A stretch of DNA of 64,000 nucleotides, from the NCBI GenBank assembly GCA_002633005.1, contig NMRA01000369.1, forward strand, positions 280,918 through 344,917, written 5' to 3'. Made by a program: the position numbers and the translations under genes. A model generated the notes under the pieces. It did not search any database, was not told the origin of the DNA, and saw nothing but the letters and a program-made list of their open reading frames with translations. This document shows, piece by piece, positions 39,529-52,091 of the stretch. Within the stretch, counting starts at the first letter, position 1. Each line of letters begins with the position of its first letter. This stretch comes from Phoronis australis (taxonomy: Eukaryota; Animalia; Phoronida).

Positions 39529-40945
39529 ATTGGGCTCTTGCAAAGAACTGACAGTCTCTTATTGCTCGAGGCTACATTCTTTGAACAAAATTGCCCTCCT
39601 TGGCAAGTCGACTTGTAGTGCCTGTTCTATAGCATAGAAAGAGGTGTTCAAGAGGGGGGGGGTTGTTGGTGACGAATGGTGCTGAAGTGAGTAGCAATCT
39701 CGGGAACAGAGGAAGTTGGGTGTTCCAAACGCAAAATTGAAATGATTTTTCCGGGAGGTGATGCTTGCACTGAATAGGGGGCCACGATCCCTTTATGCGC
39801 GGCGCCCACACCCTTCCTCCTCTGCGGCTACGCCAATGCCGTTCGTTCAGACAGTAATGAACTGCGAGTCTTTCAAATCCCAAAAATTTAACATTGACAT
39901 TTTCACAGTGGCTCGAAGGGTATCAACCTAAAAGGCAGCCACTGTGTGGCAAGGTCGTCTCTTCGGCGGCTTAACTGGTAATCACGACGCGGAAATTGTC
40001 CATATTTAGTGAGCGTGATCAAAATTTTTCAAAAAAGAGACAGCTGAGAAAAGGAAGCAGAAGAAATTAAACCCAGTTATCAAGTGCAGTGACGTCCGCT
40101 TAGCAGTGCTTTTGAAGCCCGATCCTTTTGCAAGATAACGTCAAGCTTTCTTTGTCCGCAAATAATAAGCAGACCGGATGTCAGTAAAATAAAACATAGT
40201 AGTGTTTGGTTAGGTGGCGCTTTACATTCCGAGGTATGCAATACAAAGAGGTTCGATGAATCTGATTTGCTTATTCTTGCAAACACGTACCGCGTACGGT
40301 CAGATGTACATTCGACGAATTTTGCCGGTAGTTCCTTCTTCTTTAGTGGACTTTTGTCTCGTTTTCTACTTTTTTCGGAGTTTATGTTTCTCTGAGGCGG
40401 ACCTTTTTGCCCACTTCGCCAAATGGGGGGGGTGTATTGACTTGATGATATCATATCTCCCACTTTCTTTGCGATATTTTCAAACGAAAGAATCTTGACT
40501 GTTCTTGAACTACCTAGCATTCAAATCAATGGCAAGTAGCAATGTAACCATTTCTGTTTTTGATACCTGGGCTTCGTTTCATCCATGATTATCTTACCCG
40601 TAAATTGTCGCTTAACCGAACTATTTTGAGGAGACGTACATGTCGTCGCGTTGGTCTATGGTATGTCGTTTGGCAGTAATGTGCTCACGGCGAGCTAACT
40701 CGGGGTCTAGTCCATAGATATAAAACCTTACATTAATGTTTATGGCATAGTCGGTCTCTCCAGCTGTTGACTAACTAAAGAGTCGATTGTACATTATCAG
40801 TCCTCCAGATAGCACTGTGTAAGAGTGTTAGTATGCCACAGTGCAACTCCCCTCTTCAATGTCAACATAACGTTTCGGAACAACGCATTCGTGCCACATT
40901 TCATTCAGAGGAATTTTGTTCATAGAAATGTCAGTGAGCTAGATA

Positions 40946-43199
40946 TAGTCAGGTTTGTTGTGTAATTTTGTTGGAATTTTTTGGGGAAAATGGAAACTAT
41001 ACATTTTATAAACCTCATGGAATGATCAATCAGAAAATAATTGATTCCTTTTTGGCGGTTATCTTGGCGGCCATCTTGGATTTCCAAATATGGCGCCGGT
41101 AAAATGGATTTTGTCCAATATCTCCGATTTTGGGTCACTTAGAATGTTGTTTTTTATGGCTACATCTGCATTTCTCAGGTTAAGGAATTAGAAATTTTAA
41201 TTTTATTGGCGGCCATCTTGGCGGCCATCTTGGATTTTTAAAAATGGCACCCATAAAAAATACATTTTCCTCAGTATCTTTGCTCTTGAGTCACTTAGAA
41301 TGTTAATTTTAATGGCTGCACCAACATTTTTGTCACAAGAAATCTGAAAATACAACTTATTAAATGTGAAACATAATCAAAACCCCATGTATTAGCAGCC
41401 AAATTTTCTAAATGCATTCTTCCTGTAATCCAACACATATTACTTTCTATATTACTTTCTTGTATATTTTGTTCGGAGCTTGTCTCCTTCAAGACATTTA
41501 AACTAAACCAGTATCCAACAGCTTATTTACGTTTGCAGAACATGAAAGTTTGTTTTTTGTAGCGCCAATAGTCTTTCAAAACTTCGAAATCAGTCTATAG
41601 ATCATTACTATCGCCATCATTGCCATTACTGTCATCAGGAATCACATCATCACCAGTCTGACATTCTGCACTACACTGACATACATGTAGATATGTGTAA
41701 CGGTAAGTCCTTTGATCGGCAAGAGCATCTTTGGGAAGAGCAACGTTTTTGCTCTGGCGTCTAACCATCTAAATGATAGCCCCTGACGTCGAAAGCTCAT
41801 CAGTTGTGAGGGTTTTAGCAGGTCATCTTTGTCCTTGTAAATTCATTCTGCATTGGATCAAGGAACTCATGTCGAGCAATGGCTGCCTGGTCCCACACTC
41901 TGGCGTGAATAAACACCCTCAGTACATGCTGTTTCAAAGTACCAATGCTTGGTGGATGTTTGTCGCCGTCAACCATATGTTTACAGAAGAGGTACCATCT
42001 CAGCGCTGGGATGTTACTTGTGTCTATACCCTGTGGTGATTATGCACATGTAAAAGGGGCTAACGTGAAAAGAGGTGCACCTGTTACTTCATAACCAGTA
42101 CAAAGAGTCTGTAGTGCATTGATATCATCAGTGTTTGCCTTCAAATATATATTCAAGCTACAGAATGGACCAGTGTTGTCGGTCCATGTAAAAGCATGGA
42201 AATCCGGAAGAGCCTTTGCCCGGACAGCACCTAATGTTGTCTATATAAGATCCCAGGTGCCATGGGGACTGAAGTATTTCTGAGAACCCTGTCACAATAG
42301 GCAATGACGAGTACCAGTAAGTCTGTGTCAGGTGAAAAAAACATCAGCTGAGAATCAGGGACGTTTTGAGGTATTAGCAGTATATCTGCTTTTTCGTGAT
42401 CGTTTTCTTTTACGCGTAGATCGGTTGCTCTTTGTGCATCCTAAAGCTGAAGTAATGGCTATCTTGGCAGAGTCTTTACTATATTCAAGTGTATTTGGAG
42501 ACAGATATTCAGTAAGTTGAGCCTTTTTTGGTCATGAGAGAGGAAACGGCTCATTGGGATGTTCTGTATGTAAGACTCATCTCTTATCTGGTACTGTAGT
42601 TGACCCTTTCTATGCCTCCTTTTTTCTCTTGTGGCTTGTTTCAAAAAGTTGTCTTTGTGGGTGTCAAAAATCAGAATGATATCGTCATAATCTCTAGTTA
42701 AGAACATCACTTCCATACTATCCACACGTGCAGTTTTGTGGCTTGGGTGAACACACTCGGTAGATGTCGTTTACATGTTTTCTGGATCTAAAACCTTTCT
42801 TGCAGCTTGAGGACTGTCCTGTTCTAAGTCGTCTGCCTCGCAAAGTTTCTGAAGAAGGTGGAATCGATTCGACTTGTTTGTGCATGGCAGCATTGCCCAA
42901 CTGGCAGCAAAGATTGCTCTGGTGTTAGTGTGAATTCATAGTGGGTGATAGCACTTCTGACCGAAGGCTCTGATCGTCATTGACTCCCATAAAATCTAAC
43001 ATTCTCAGTGACCCAAGGGTGGATACATTGGGCAAAATTTATTTTACTGGCGCCATTTTTGAAAATCCAAGATGGCCACCAAAAATGGAAACAATTATTT
43101 TCTGATTCGTCATTCCACGAGGTTTCCAAAAATGTTTAGTTTCCACTTTCCCCAAAAATTCCAACGAATGTCAAAATTTGGGCATAGTGAACCTGACTA
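40946..43199 (-). mobile_element. Academ (AcademX-type) DNA transposon, internally deleted and decayed
   Basis: Termini tagtcaggtt and aacctgacta, imperfect inverted repeats of roughly 180 bp, 3-bp duplication ata (40943-40945 and 43200-43202). Minus-strand remnants FSPDTDLLVLVIAY, KALPDFHAFTWTDNTG, LRWYLFCK..PPSIGTLKQHVLR and a Cys-rich/acidic tail fit the XPG/FEN1-like nuclease region of AcademX. Confidence 0.85.
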
Positions 43200-45613
43200 A
43201 TATGTAATGAAACAATTTCATGTTTTTTTAGTAATATGTCGTAACAAATGTCCACTGAAGCACTATAATAACTACTGCTTTAGCAAACCTTTGGATTTTA
43301 TTCTTTGTTCTGCGGCTCTGCAAGCAGCGTCAATTTTTTTCACCACAGTTAACTGTTCCATAGCTTTCCTGAACACAGAAAACGCTTGGTCACTCTTGCA
43401 ACAGAGGATTTCCAAAAGTTTTTCTATTTCTCCATTTTGCTCCAATTCAACTCGCTCGTCTTCCTCAATAACGTATTCCTAGAACAAAAAAGCATAAAAA
43501 GAGCTGTTTCAGATTCATAATGCGCATGCCCACAGGCAGAAAAAACTCGGCGTGCGACAGCACGAGACAACTACGGTAGCTGAGAAAGGACATGATTCGT
43601 TTTTTAATTATCTTGTGATCGAGCTCCCAACTTGGTTGTCTCGAGATAATTAAAAAAGAAACGCGCGATTTATTTCCCAGCCATCGTAGACAACATAGCA
43701 TGAGTGAAGAGGCATTGATTATAGGTACTTTGCTTCTTTGTATTCAGGCAAAAACGCCTGCTTGCATGGCGAAATATCTGTAAAATTCGCCCAAACTACC
43801 GAATTTTCTGCAGATAATAAGCCCATGGGCGTTTTTTGGAAGATGAAAATTTTCAGGCGATTTTGATGCACCAAATAAACGCCCGGGCATTTATTCGTAA
43901 AGGGGGGGGGGCGTGTAAACGGAAAGTCATAGTTTTGGCTACACAAATCCCAGCATGGACTGAATACAGGTAGGCCTAATTAAAAGGTTTCCTGACTTTG
44001 ACATTTTTACTTAAAAACTGTGTTTTTAAATCTTATGTTAATAAATGTAGAGTTCGCCAACACTTTGTTCGTTTTTATAAATGATAAATGCTCCACAAAA
44101 CTGACTTTGTGACTGAAAGGACAATTGTGCTGAAAATCCCATTGTGATGAAAGAAGATTTTCAGAATAAACGTCCCACTGTCTGTCGCTTCCCAAATTAC
44201 TTTCATTTGATAAGATCAATATTTTAATGTACGGTGCCGTATTATACCATATTTCTTGATAGCGTAATTTGCCGCTTCCTATCATCCCGACGTTTGCAAT
44301 TCAGCTAATATAGATCCTACTAGTAAGTTCAAATTATCTCTTTTATGCATCTCTCTATTGACGCGCTTTCTCAGTGACGTCTATCTCGTGACTCACTCAT
44401 TATTAGATGCTTCTGTGTCTTAATATTTTTTGGCTCAAACTTTTCCGTGTTGCCCGAATCTGCGAGAAAATAGCCCCCCCCCCCTTTCCACCTAATACGC
44501 TTATGATTGAACAAGCAAATGTGAGAATCTGAAAACGCAAGCGCATGATAGCCACACGAAAGTATTAAGTGTCAAATAGCAGTTTTCTCGCGCAGTTTCA
44601 GCATGAACTATTTGCGCAGACTCCCAACAGCATTGCAACATAAATGTCCGTTGTACACGCAACGTACGACCGTGTATGCAAACATAAAGCACATGCACTG
44701 TCGTATATAGGACGCCTGTATAGCCCCTGAAAACGATATGCCGACGGCGTAAACAGAGGAGGCTTTCCTTAGTTCCCTAAGTCCGCCAATTCAGTATGAT
44801 TCCATGCGAAATTGTTCGACAATGAGCATATTTACACGCAGTTTTGTGTCTCCAAACAATCGTGAGCCGTCACAATCATTTGCAGGCAAATTGGGCAGAC
44901 TTTCCTTTCATAGTCTGTTTCATTAGTTCTTCATTTTTAAAAATACGTAATTAAAATTTCCCAAAATTACTAGCAGTATTTCACGTCTAAAGCTGTGAAG
45001 ACAAAATTTCATTTCCAAGCCCTGTCCCATTTACCCAGTTTATCATCTTCACGCATGGTCTCGTCCCCAGCGCCACTGGACTGCGCAATTACGTCACCAG
45101 TGCTGGTAGCCCGTTCATTGGTGCTTTGCAAATTGTTCATTATCTGGTCTGCATCGGTTGTTTGTTCACCAACAGATTTTACGATGAAGTCCTGCACCTG
45201 ATTGTCGTATGGTGTTGCATTTGGTGTCCCAGGTATCTCTACTGTTCGTGGTCGATATTCAAGTACAGCTGTATAATGTTGCTAGCCAACCACAGATCAT
45301 TGGAGGAGCGGGTTACTTACGGGTTGACAATCATTTGCCACAACCGGTGATACGTAATGTATCATACGGTTAGCTATACAATATGTTCTAGAGTGTTTTA
45401 CTCCATCATCTTAGGTCATGCATCCAGCTTATTAGTGGGTTATCTGCAAAGGAATGATGTCTGAATAAGTGGTGAACAGCCTGAGGAGAGAGGGGGAAGC
45501 TGGAGGGAGGGACAAGAAGCGAGGGAGAAGGAGGTAGGGAAAGGCGTGTCCGAAGGAAGGTGGCTGGAAGAGAGGGAGGGAGTGAGGAAGGGTGGGAGGG
45601 AGGGATCCTAGGA

Positions 45614-45767
45614 NNNNNNNNNNNNNNNNNNNNNNNNNNNNNNNNNNNNNNNNNNNNNNNNNNNNNNNNNNNNNNNNNNNNNNNNNNNNNNNNNNNNNNN
45701 NNNNNNNNNNNNNNNNNNNNNNNNNNNNNNNNNNNNNNNNNNNNNNNNNNNNNNNNNNNNNNNNNNN
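45614..45767. other. Assembly gap next to a purine-rich low-complexity tract
   Basis: Run of N, preceded by a GA-rich tract at ~45483-45612. Confidence 0.99.
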
Positions 45768-46895
45768 ACTGGGCAATTGGTTTTGAAGTCCGATCAACTG
45801 TTGACCCTCTTTGAATAAACTATTACCAAAACGTTCCTCCAAGATCAATAATACAATGAAGAAAGTATCACTCCACACACTCGTTTCAACTTACCAATTT
45901 TAAAAGGCTCTTTCTACAGATTATCTTGATTTGGTAATTTGGCTGTCTGGAGAAAAAATTCATGGATTTTGTTAGAACAGACAAAAGTTGAAAAGACATC
46001 TGGTCACGGTGGCGTAACTTTTGAATTTTCATTAAGGTTTTTTGAGTATAATAAAACATCAATTGGGTGTACAAATAATGTCCCCATAATTAGCTACTTG
46101 TTGCATAAGAGTCAAATCCAAATACTAAGAAGCATTAGATTTTTTGTCCTTGGATGATCGGAGACCAACGCTTTCAAATACGATACATGTATTAGTGATC
46201 AGATTCATCCATACCAAAAACCTTTGTCAAAATGGCTTTTGGCCTCAGTATTTGTCACATTGAATGGTACGAGGAGAAATAATACTTTAGTCAAGAAAGC
46301 GTGCAGCACTTTAAGTAGTATAGTCTAAACTTTTCAGAAGTTAGTTGATGGATGCACGGGTGTCAATATTCTGATGCTGTGTATTGGCAACGCTGAAGAT
46401 AAAGCCATAGGATGTTCGCTTGTACGTAACGAACGCAGTTTTTTTTTCAAATTTATTTGTTACATCTAGTCGAAGGAGAAAGTTTTCCCGGCAACCAGCA
46501 TTCTCGAATGTTGACAACTATGCAACGGGTGTTCCAAATAACATTGTGTCTTTTTAACATAACTATAGTAAAATGTGTTTCAGTGTATTTTATTTACCGT
46601 AACACACGGTATATATACATATATCAGTATCAATAATTTTTACTTATTGAAGAAATGCGATCCTGTACGTGCAAAATCCAAAACTGCAACCAATGTAATG
46701 AGCTATCCAAAGTATAATTCAAAACTACATAACAGGTGTTAGCCCATTTTATCTATCAGAAAATGTAACCCTTATCTGCAAATTTTGAATAGTTAGTAGG
46801 AATAATTAGATTATCACATTTTTAACCTTCATTGTATCTTGAATTTTTAACAAACGTCCAATTTATATATAAAGATGTAAAATTGTATCATTTTA

Positions 46896-47867
46896 GATGA
46901 ATGCCTGACTGAATTGCTCACAACCAACTCTCATCCTCTGTACCTGGACTTGAGAGAGCATAGTGATGAGCACACTGCACAGAGGCTGAAAACTGTTCAA
47001 TCATGGGTTATCGGAGCTAGGGAGCTTGCCGAAGAGGTATGCCCAGTGGAGAACATCAACAGCACAAAGTGGTCCAAAGCCACAAACTATGTCATCAACA
47101 CCATGGAGATTGGAGGCCGTCATTGGCGGAAAAGAGCTGACTGTATCAACCAAGCAACTGTATCGGAATGGCTTGAAGAACAATCTCCCACAATCATTGT
47201 TGGAACGGACGGCTCACTAAGAGATGACACTACGGCTTGGGCAGCAGTTGCTTGGACTCGCGAGGGTCAACGCCTCTTCGAATGGTCAACAGTACGGGTT
47301 GAAAAATCCTCGTCTTTTAGAGCTGAATGTGAAGCATATGAAGACGCCCTAGCCTGGCTCTCACAGAACACAACACCTGCATACAGATCATTTCTACTTA
47401 CAGACTCCCTCAGCCTCATTAGCAGGTTAAAAACTGATCATGTGAAAGATTCCTGGACCCCTCTGTTCAGCTCTATTAATGGTCTATTCACCAGTGTTTA
47501 TATACCAGGACACTGTGGCATCTCATTCAACGCCAAGGCAGATGAGCTTGCAGGCATTGCAGAACAGATTGCCGACCTGCTCCTCACACCAGCAGATGTA
47601 ATCTCCAGAGTGCGTGAATCGCTTACAGATGCCGAGATTGTACAACAGCAGGAGAAATGGGCAACAAAGCGCCTCATAGAGCGAGGGTGGCAATACGGAG
47701 ATGCAGCAAAAACTCGTATTAGGGGAAAGATCGAAGACTCTGTAACCAGCACGAACTTGGTTGCATCTCCAAATTTACATTGCATGCGATACCGGAAGGA
47801 GGAGGGCCAGAGACTATCCCGGTGCCTACCCTCTGACGTCACCACAGAAACAGAAACAGAATTGTGA
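46896..47867 (+). mobile_element. 5'-truncated non-LTR retrotransposon fragment encoding RNase HI (I/Ingi/Nimb-group-like)
   Basis: ORF 46914-47867 contains GTDGS, SSFRAECEAY, LLTDSLS and YIPGHCGISFNAKADELA, the D-E-D-H-D RNase H set typical of LINE ORF2. No RT domain upstream; AT-rich flanks. Confidence 0.85.
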
Positions 47868-50800
47868 GACATTCATGTTATAAAATCCTTGCCTTCATCC
47901 GGTTACAATGTTTTGAATCATTGAAACTATTTCCCAATTGGTTTAGTTGGTAATATATATCGTATACTGCTGATTCATTTCCTTTTGTATGATACTGTAA
48001 TACCCTAACTTAATCGACATGACAAGTTGATTGATTTTCTAATTAATTAATTAACCAGCCAATTATTACATAAAGTGTTTCAATATTACACTCTCCGTTA
48101 TTTTTCGCATTTTTGGTAACACTCTTGGTTTTTAGAGCGACAAAATTAACCTGCCGTGTATGCAAAATAATTAATATTTATGAAGTAAATTTCTACCTGA
48201 TTCTTCACCTGGTGTAGTAATACACCACCAGGAGCTCATGACGGTCTGTCTAATGACGTGACTTGTGCAACTCGGTTGAAAAGTGGCGCCATCGGGCGCA
48301 ATAAAGTTGTCTCTCTGGATTGTTGTCTTGGATAATACGCACTGAATTCAGAATCTAATACTACTACAATGTAAAGCAGCCAATCAAAAGAGCAATTTTA
48401 ATGATACGAGCTTTAGCATATTGCGAAAATGCGGATCCGGAGATCGCTGTGGATTTATGTATTTGGTTACACTGAAATGTGGTTAGCCGTTCAGACCAAT
48501 CACTGATGGCGCGATGTCCTTCACTGTAGCAGATGAAATCACGCCGCCACCCCCAAAAATCGAATCAAGAAAGGACAGACATTGCACCATAGGTCCAAAA
48601 AAAAATGGCTCACACACCTACGGGTCAATTGACTCATCAGTCGCGTTCTTCTAAAGTGATACTTGCTGACTTGAAGCAGAACGAAGTGAGAATGGTTTGA
48701 TCTTATAGCCAGACAAAATGACAGGACATGCGTGCACAAGTAAATAGCGACTGGAAGTAAGTTTGTAACTACTGAGATACAGTTGCACTGTTTTTCTCCA
48801 CCAGAGGTACAAAAACGCTCGTTATGCTACTTGTGATTGAAAGTTATTGCAAAATATAACTCAACGAAGATCGCTACAAATCTCCAAAAATGTCCATGAT
48901 GGCTGATTGCTCTCGAGAGCGCCTACAATGTGTCGAGGTATTGGTTGTGTGGATCGTCCTATCGTAAAACAACAAAGTTTAGAAAATAAGAAAGTTAACC
49001 GGCTTTGCGTGAAAAACAATTTTTGTATAAAATAGAGGTCTCAGCAATTAGTTGTAGTATGGTACAGTGAATGCACCACGGCAGGTGAACACACCATGCA
49101 ACGGTAGCAAGTGCACAATGTAGGCCTACCTAAAGGCTCAGTCTTGGGCCTTTGTTACATGTTTGTATAGTTAATCCGCCACTGCTTCCATCATCTTTAT
49201 TTTCTGAACACCCATCAATTCGTTGAAGCTCGTTGAAATCGAAACAAGAAATAGGCTTTTGTACAAACTTTTACCAGTAGGAAATGCCTACAGTACCAAC
49301 TCGTAAAATGGTCTAACTCGTTACGGATTTCACCACAAGAGCTATGCTTACATAACGCATGTAACCGCTGCCACTATATGTGAACGAATTCTTCCAAGTC
49401 TCTTGGTCTAAACTTACACCGTGTCCTTGTAAACGTCGTACTGGACAAGAGTTCCGCCTGTACACTGTGTGTAAAAAACCCATACAACTTGCCACAATGA
49501 AGTCTATACATTACTACATTACCTTAACAATCCATCCATATGCTGAGAACAATGTAATTGCCCGTGCACTCTTTTTTGTTACTCGCGCTTTAATAATGTT
49601 CCAGTATTCCAATTGTTGGCCTACTTGTTGTGCTGTAGAGCTGTGCCAGGTTACTGCGGCGTCCAAGCCAATGGACGTTTTGCCAGGTCCACCCACTTTC
49701 GCCGCTCCTTCTCCCCCACCAGTTACCAATACCCAGTCGTCACAAAGTTGTAATCCACCCCCCCCCCCCACCTATGTTTCCCCTCAACTTTCTCGCTTCA
49801 TATACGGGCTCCCATTTAATTGACTCGGAAACAGTTGTTCACGGTAGCTTACCGGCGGATGAAGGAATTAACTGACGCTTAGTTCAATGCGCCGCTGTAG
49901 TTGTTCTAATTAGCACGTCCGTTTATAACCGTTAACTTTGCAGATGTCATTGGAGAATTAGTGTAGACTAATTGAGAGAGTTGGCCGTTTGGAGTTGATC
50001 GCCACTTCAGACAGTCCCAGTATTTTGTAATTCGCGGAAACACAACAGCCTGAGTAACGTTTTAGTGTATGTAAGAAAAAAACGAGGTGAAAAAGCCAAG
50101 CGCATACCAGGTATAGCTCATTGACAGAACCTAATACTGACTTGTTGATTCCCATTGTGACGTCATCTAGGTGTCTCAATAGTCAGATGAAAACAACAAC
50201 ATGATACAGAGATGTATAATATAAAAATAAATAATCTCAAGGCACAATGTGGCACGTACATAGCAGAATGCTGAAATGTGTAATGGACAAACGTTCTCGC
50301 TTCAAAATAGCTATCTTCATACAAAAAGCACCATTTGACTTTGCCAACGTGAGTTACCCCGGCAGCGGAGTTGACAAAACAGTTTAATCAAAAAGCACTG
50401 TAAAGAACACGCTTCTCTAACAATAACTTACAAAATAACACCAAAAATAAAAAATTCAGTACCCTGGAAGATCGTATGAGTATAACAAATTGGCACAGTC
50501 AGTGGCTGCACTTGTGTTACTTCGACGGTTTCGCCGGGTCAATCGGCTAAGACACCCTGAAGACGACTTTCGGATTACAGACCAATCAAATGTCTTAGCC
50601 GGTTTAACTGGAGGAACAAGCGAAGTCCATCAAGTGCAGTCAATATACGTGTAAGTTAAGTCACAACCGAACATTGTACCGTATGGCCACACTAGGCCCG
50701 TACAGCAAAGGAATGTAAGATGACAACGATAAAACAAAATTAAAACAAGCCATAGGGGCTACATGCACATCGTTCTTCCTATCACGTGAATACTGATGTA

Positions 50801-52091
50801 AAACTTTTATGACATTCAGTTCAACATACGCTACGCTTAATCACACAAGTATACGATGACGACACGTCAACGCCATGGCAGCTTCGTCTTGTTTCCTAAC
50901 CTATCAAAACTCGTCCGTAACCTTTTTGCATCTTTCGAAACAAAACCGGAACGCCAGATGTGCGTTGGGAAAATCATAAACACAAAGTGGCCGAAAATAG
51001 CATACTTAGATGCACCCCACTCATTTTGACTCCTGTACTGCCTCACTGTTTAAAGACTCTAAGAAATGAAAAAGAAGGGTCCAGACTTATTTCAGTTGCC
51101 ATCACACAACTTTTTCTTTTTGAAAATATGGTCAAGCAAAAAATATCGCCGCTTCAATTTCCCAAATAACAGACCAGAACCAATTATGCTATTTTTAGCC
51201 TACTAGTATTGTAATTTAAGTATAAATAAAAATTCCCCTCCCGCGACCGAAAGGTTATTGCGGGTAGGCCTACATTTTATTTGCAATCTGACAGCGAAAC
51301 CCTGAGAACAGACTGAAATAATTTTCAAAAAAGCACGCACCAAGTCCAGTCGAAACGTTTGATCATTCAAACACTGCATCACGGTACTGTATTGTATGTC
51401 CGGGTACGGTAAGAGGAAACAAAAATATCTGGATATCTCACACGAAAACAACCGTGAACATTTTAACTCTTGGCACAAAGTAGTATTCTATCAACCTCAA
51501 TTAGCAACGACAAGGCGTACGACCTTCAATAAAACGGGACCCTATTTTGGTCCGGATGCATTCGGCCGGAGCAACTAATTTCAACATCAGCCGAGCAGTA
51601 TACAATTGCAGGTGGACTGTTTTGAGATAGGTAAAAAGAGTATCCTTAACCTACATTACTTCCTGACTAATTCCCTGTCTGAACTGTAGATGTGTTGGTT
51701 TAGTTTAACTGAGGCCAAAACAAAGTAAAATTGGTTCTGCTCTTTACTCCGACTCACTTTTAGACCTGCGCTCATCGAACTAAAGACAAAAACGTCCACC
51801 CGCACAACTCAAGGTCAAGGTTTCGTGTTTTTTTTTTTTGCTTTTTTTAAAAAGCTACACAAATACAAGTAAACAAGGGTAATTAAGGTTTGAAATGTCA
51901 AGCGATGAGCAAAAAATTTAAAAACACCTGCCGCATAATTTTTGTTCGCCAGATGTGAATTTTCTTTTTTCGGGGAAGTGAGTAACCATCGCACCACCGA
52001 CTCGATTTACAGAAAACAGTTATGCTTTTTGGCCTTACAGAGCGTTTAAGAATCGACATCACTTGCAGTTACTTGAGGCTAGTGATCAGAT

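Larger units (their letters stand above)
34528..43478 (-). pseudogene. Apaf-1-like paralog A (CARD-NB-ARC-WD40). Exons: 43478-43289 (second half of CARD) and 38966-34528. In-frame TAA at 35551-35553. First coding exon not confidently found.
   Basis: Walker A GFGGMGKTTLA, Walker B LLVLDDVW, KILVTSR, GLPLAI, SLHDLL, YFYHHLAHHL and many GH..WD repeats. The ORFs 35551-38964 and 34528-35550 are contiguous and in frame. The upstream exon EYVIEEDERVELE...LLEILCCKSDQAF matches paralog B's exon and has the same phases (0 to 1). Confidence 0.85.
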
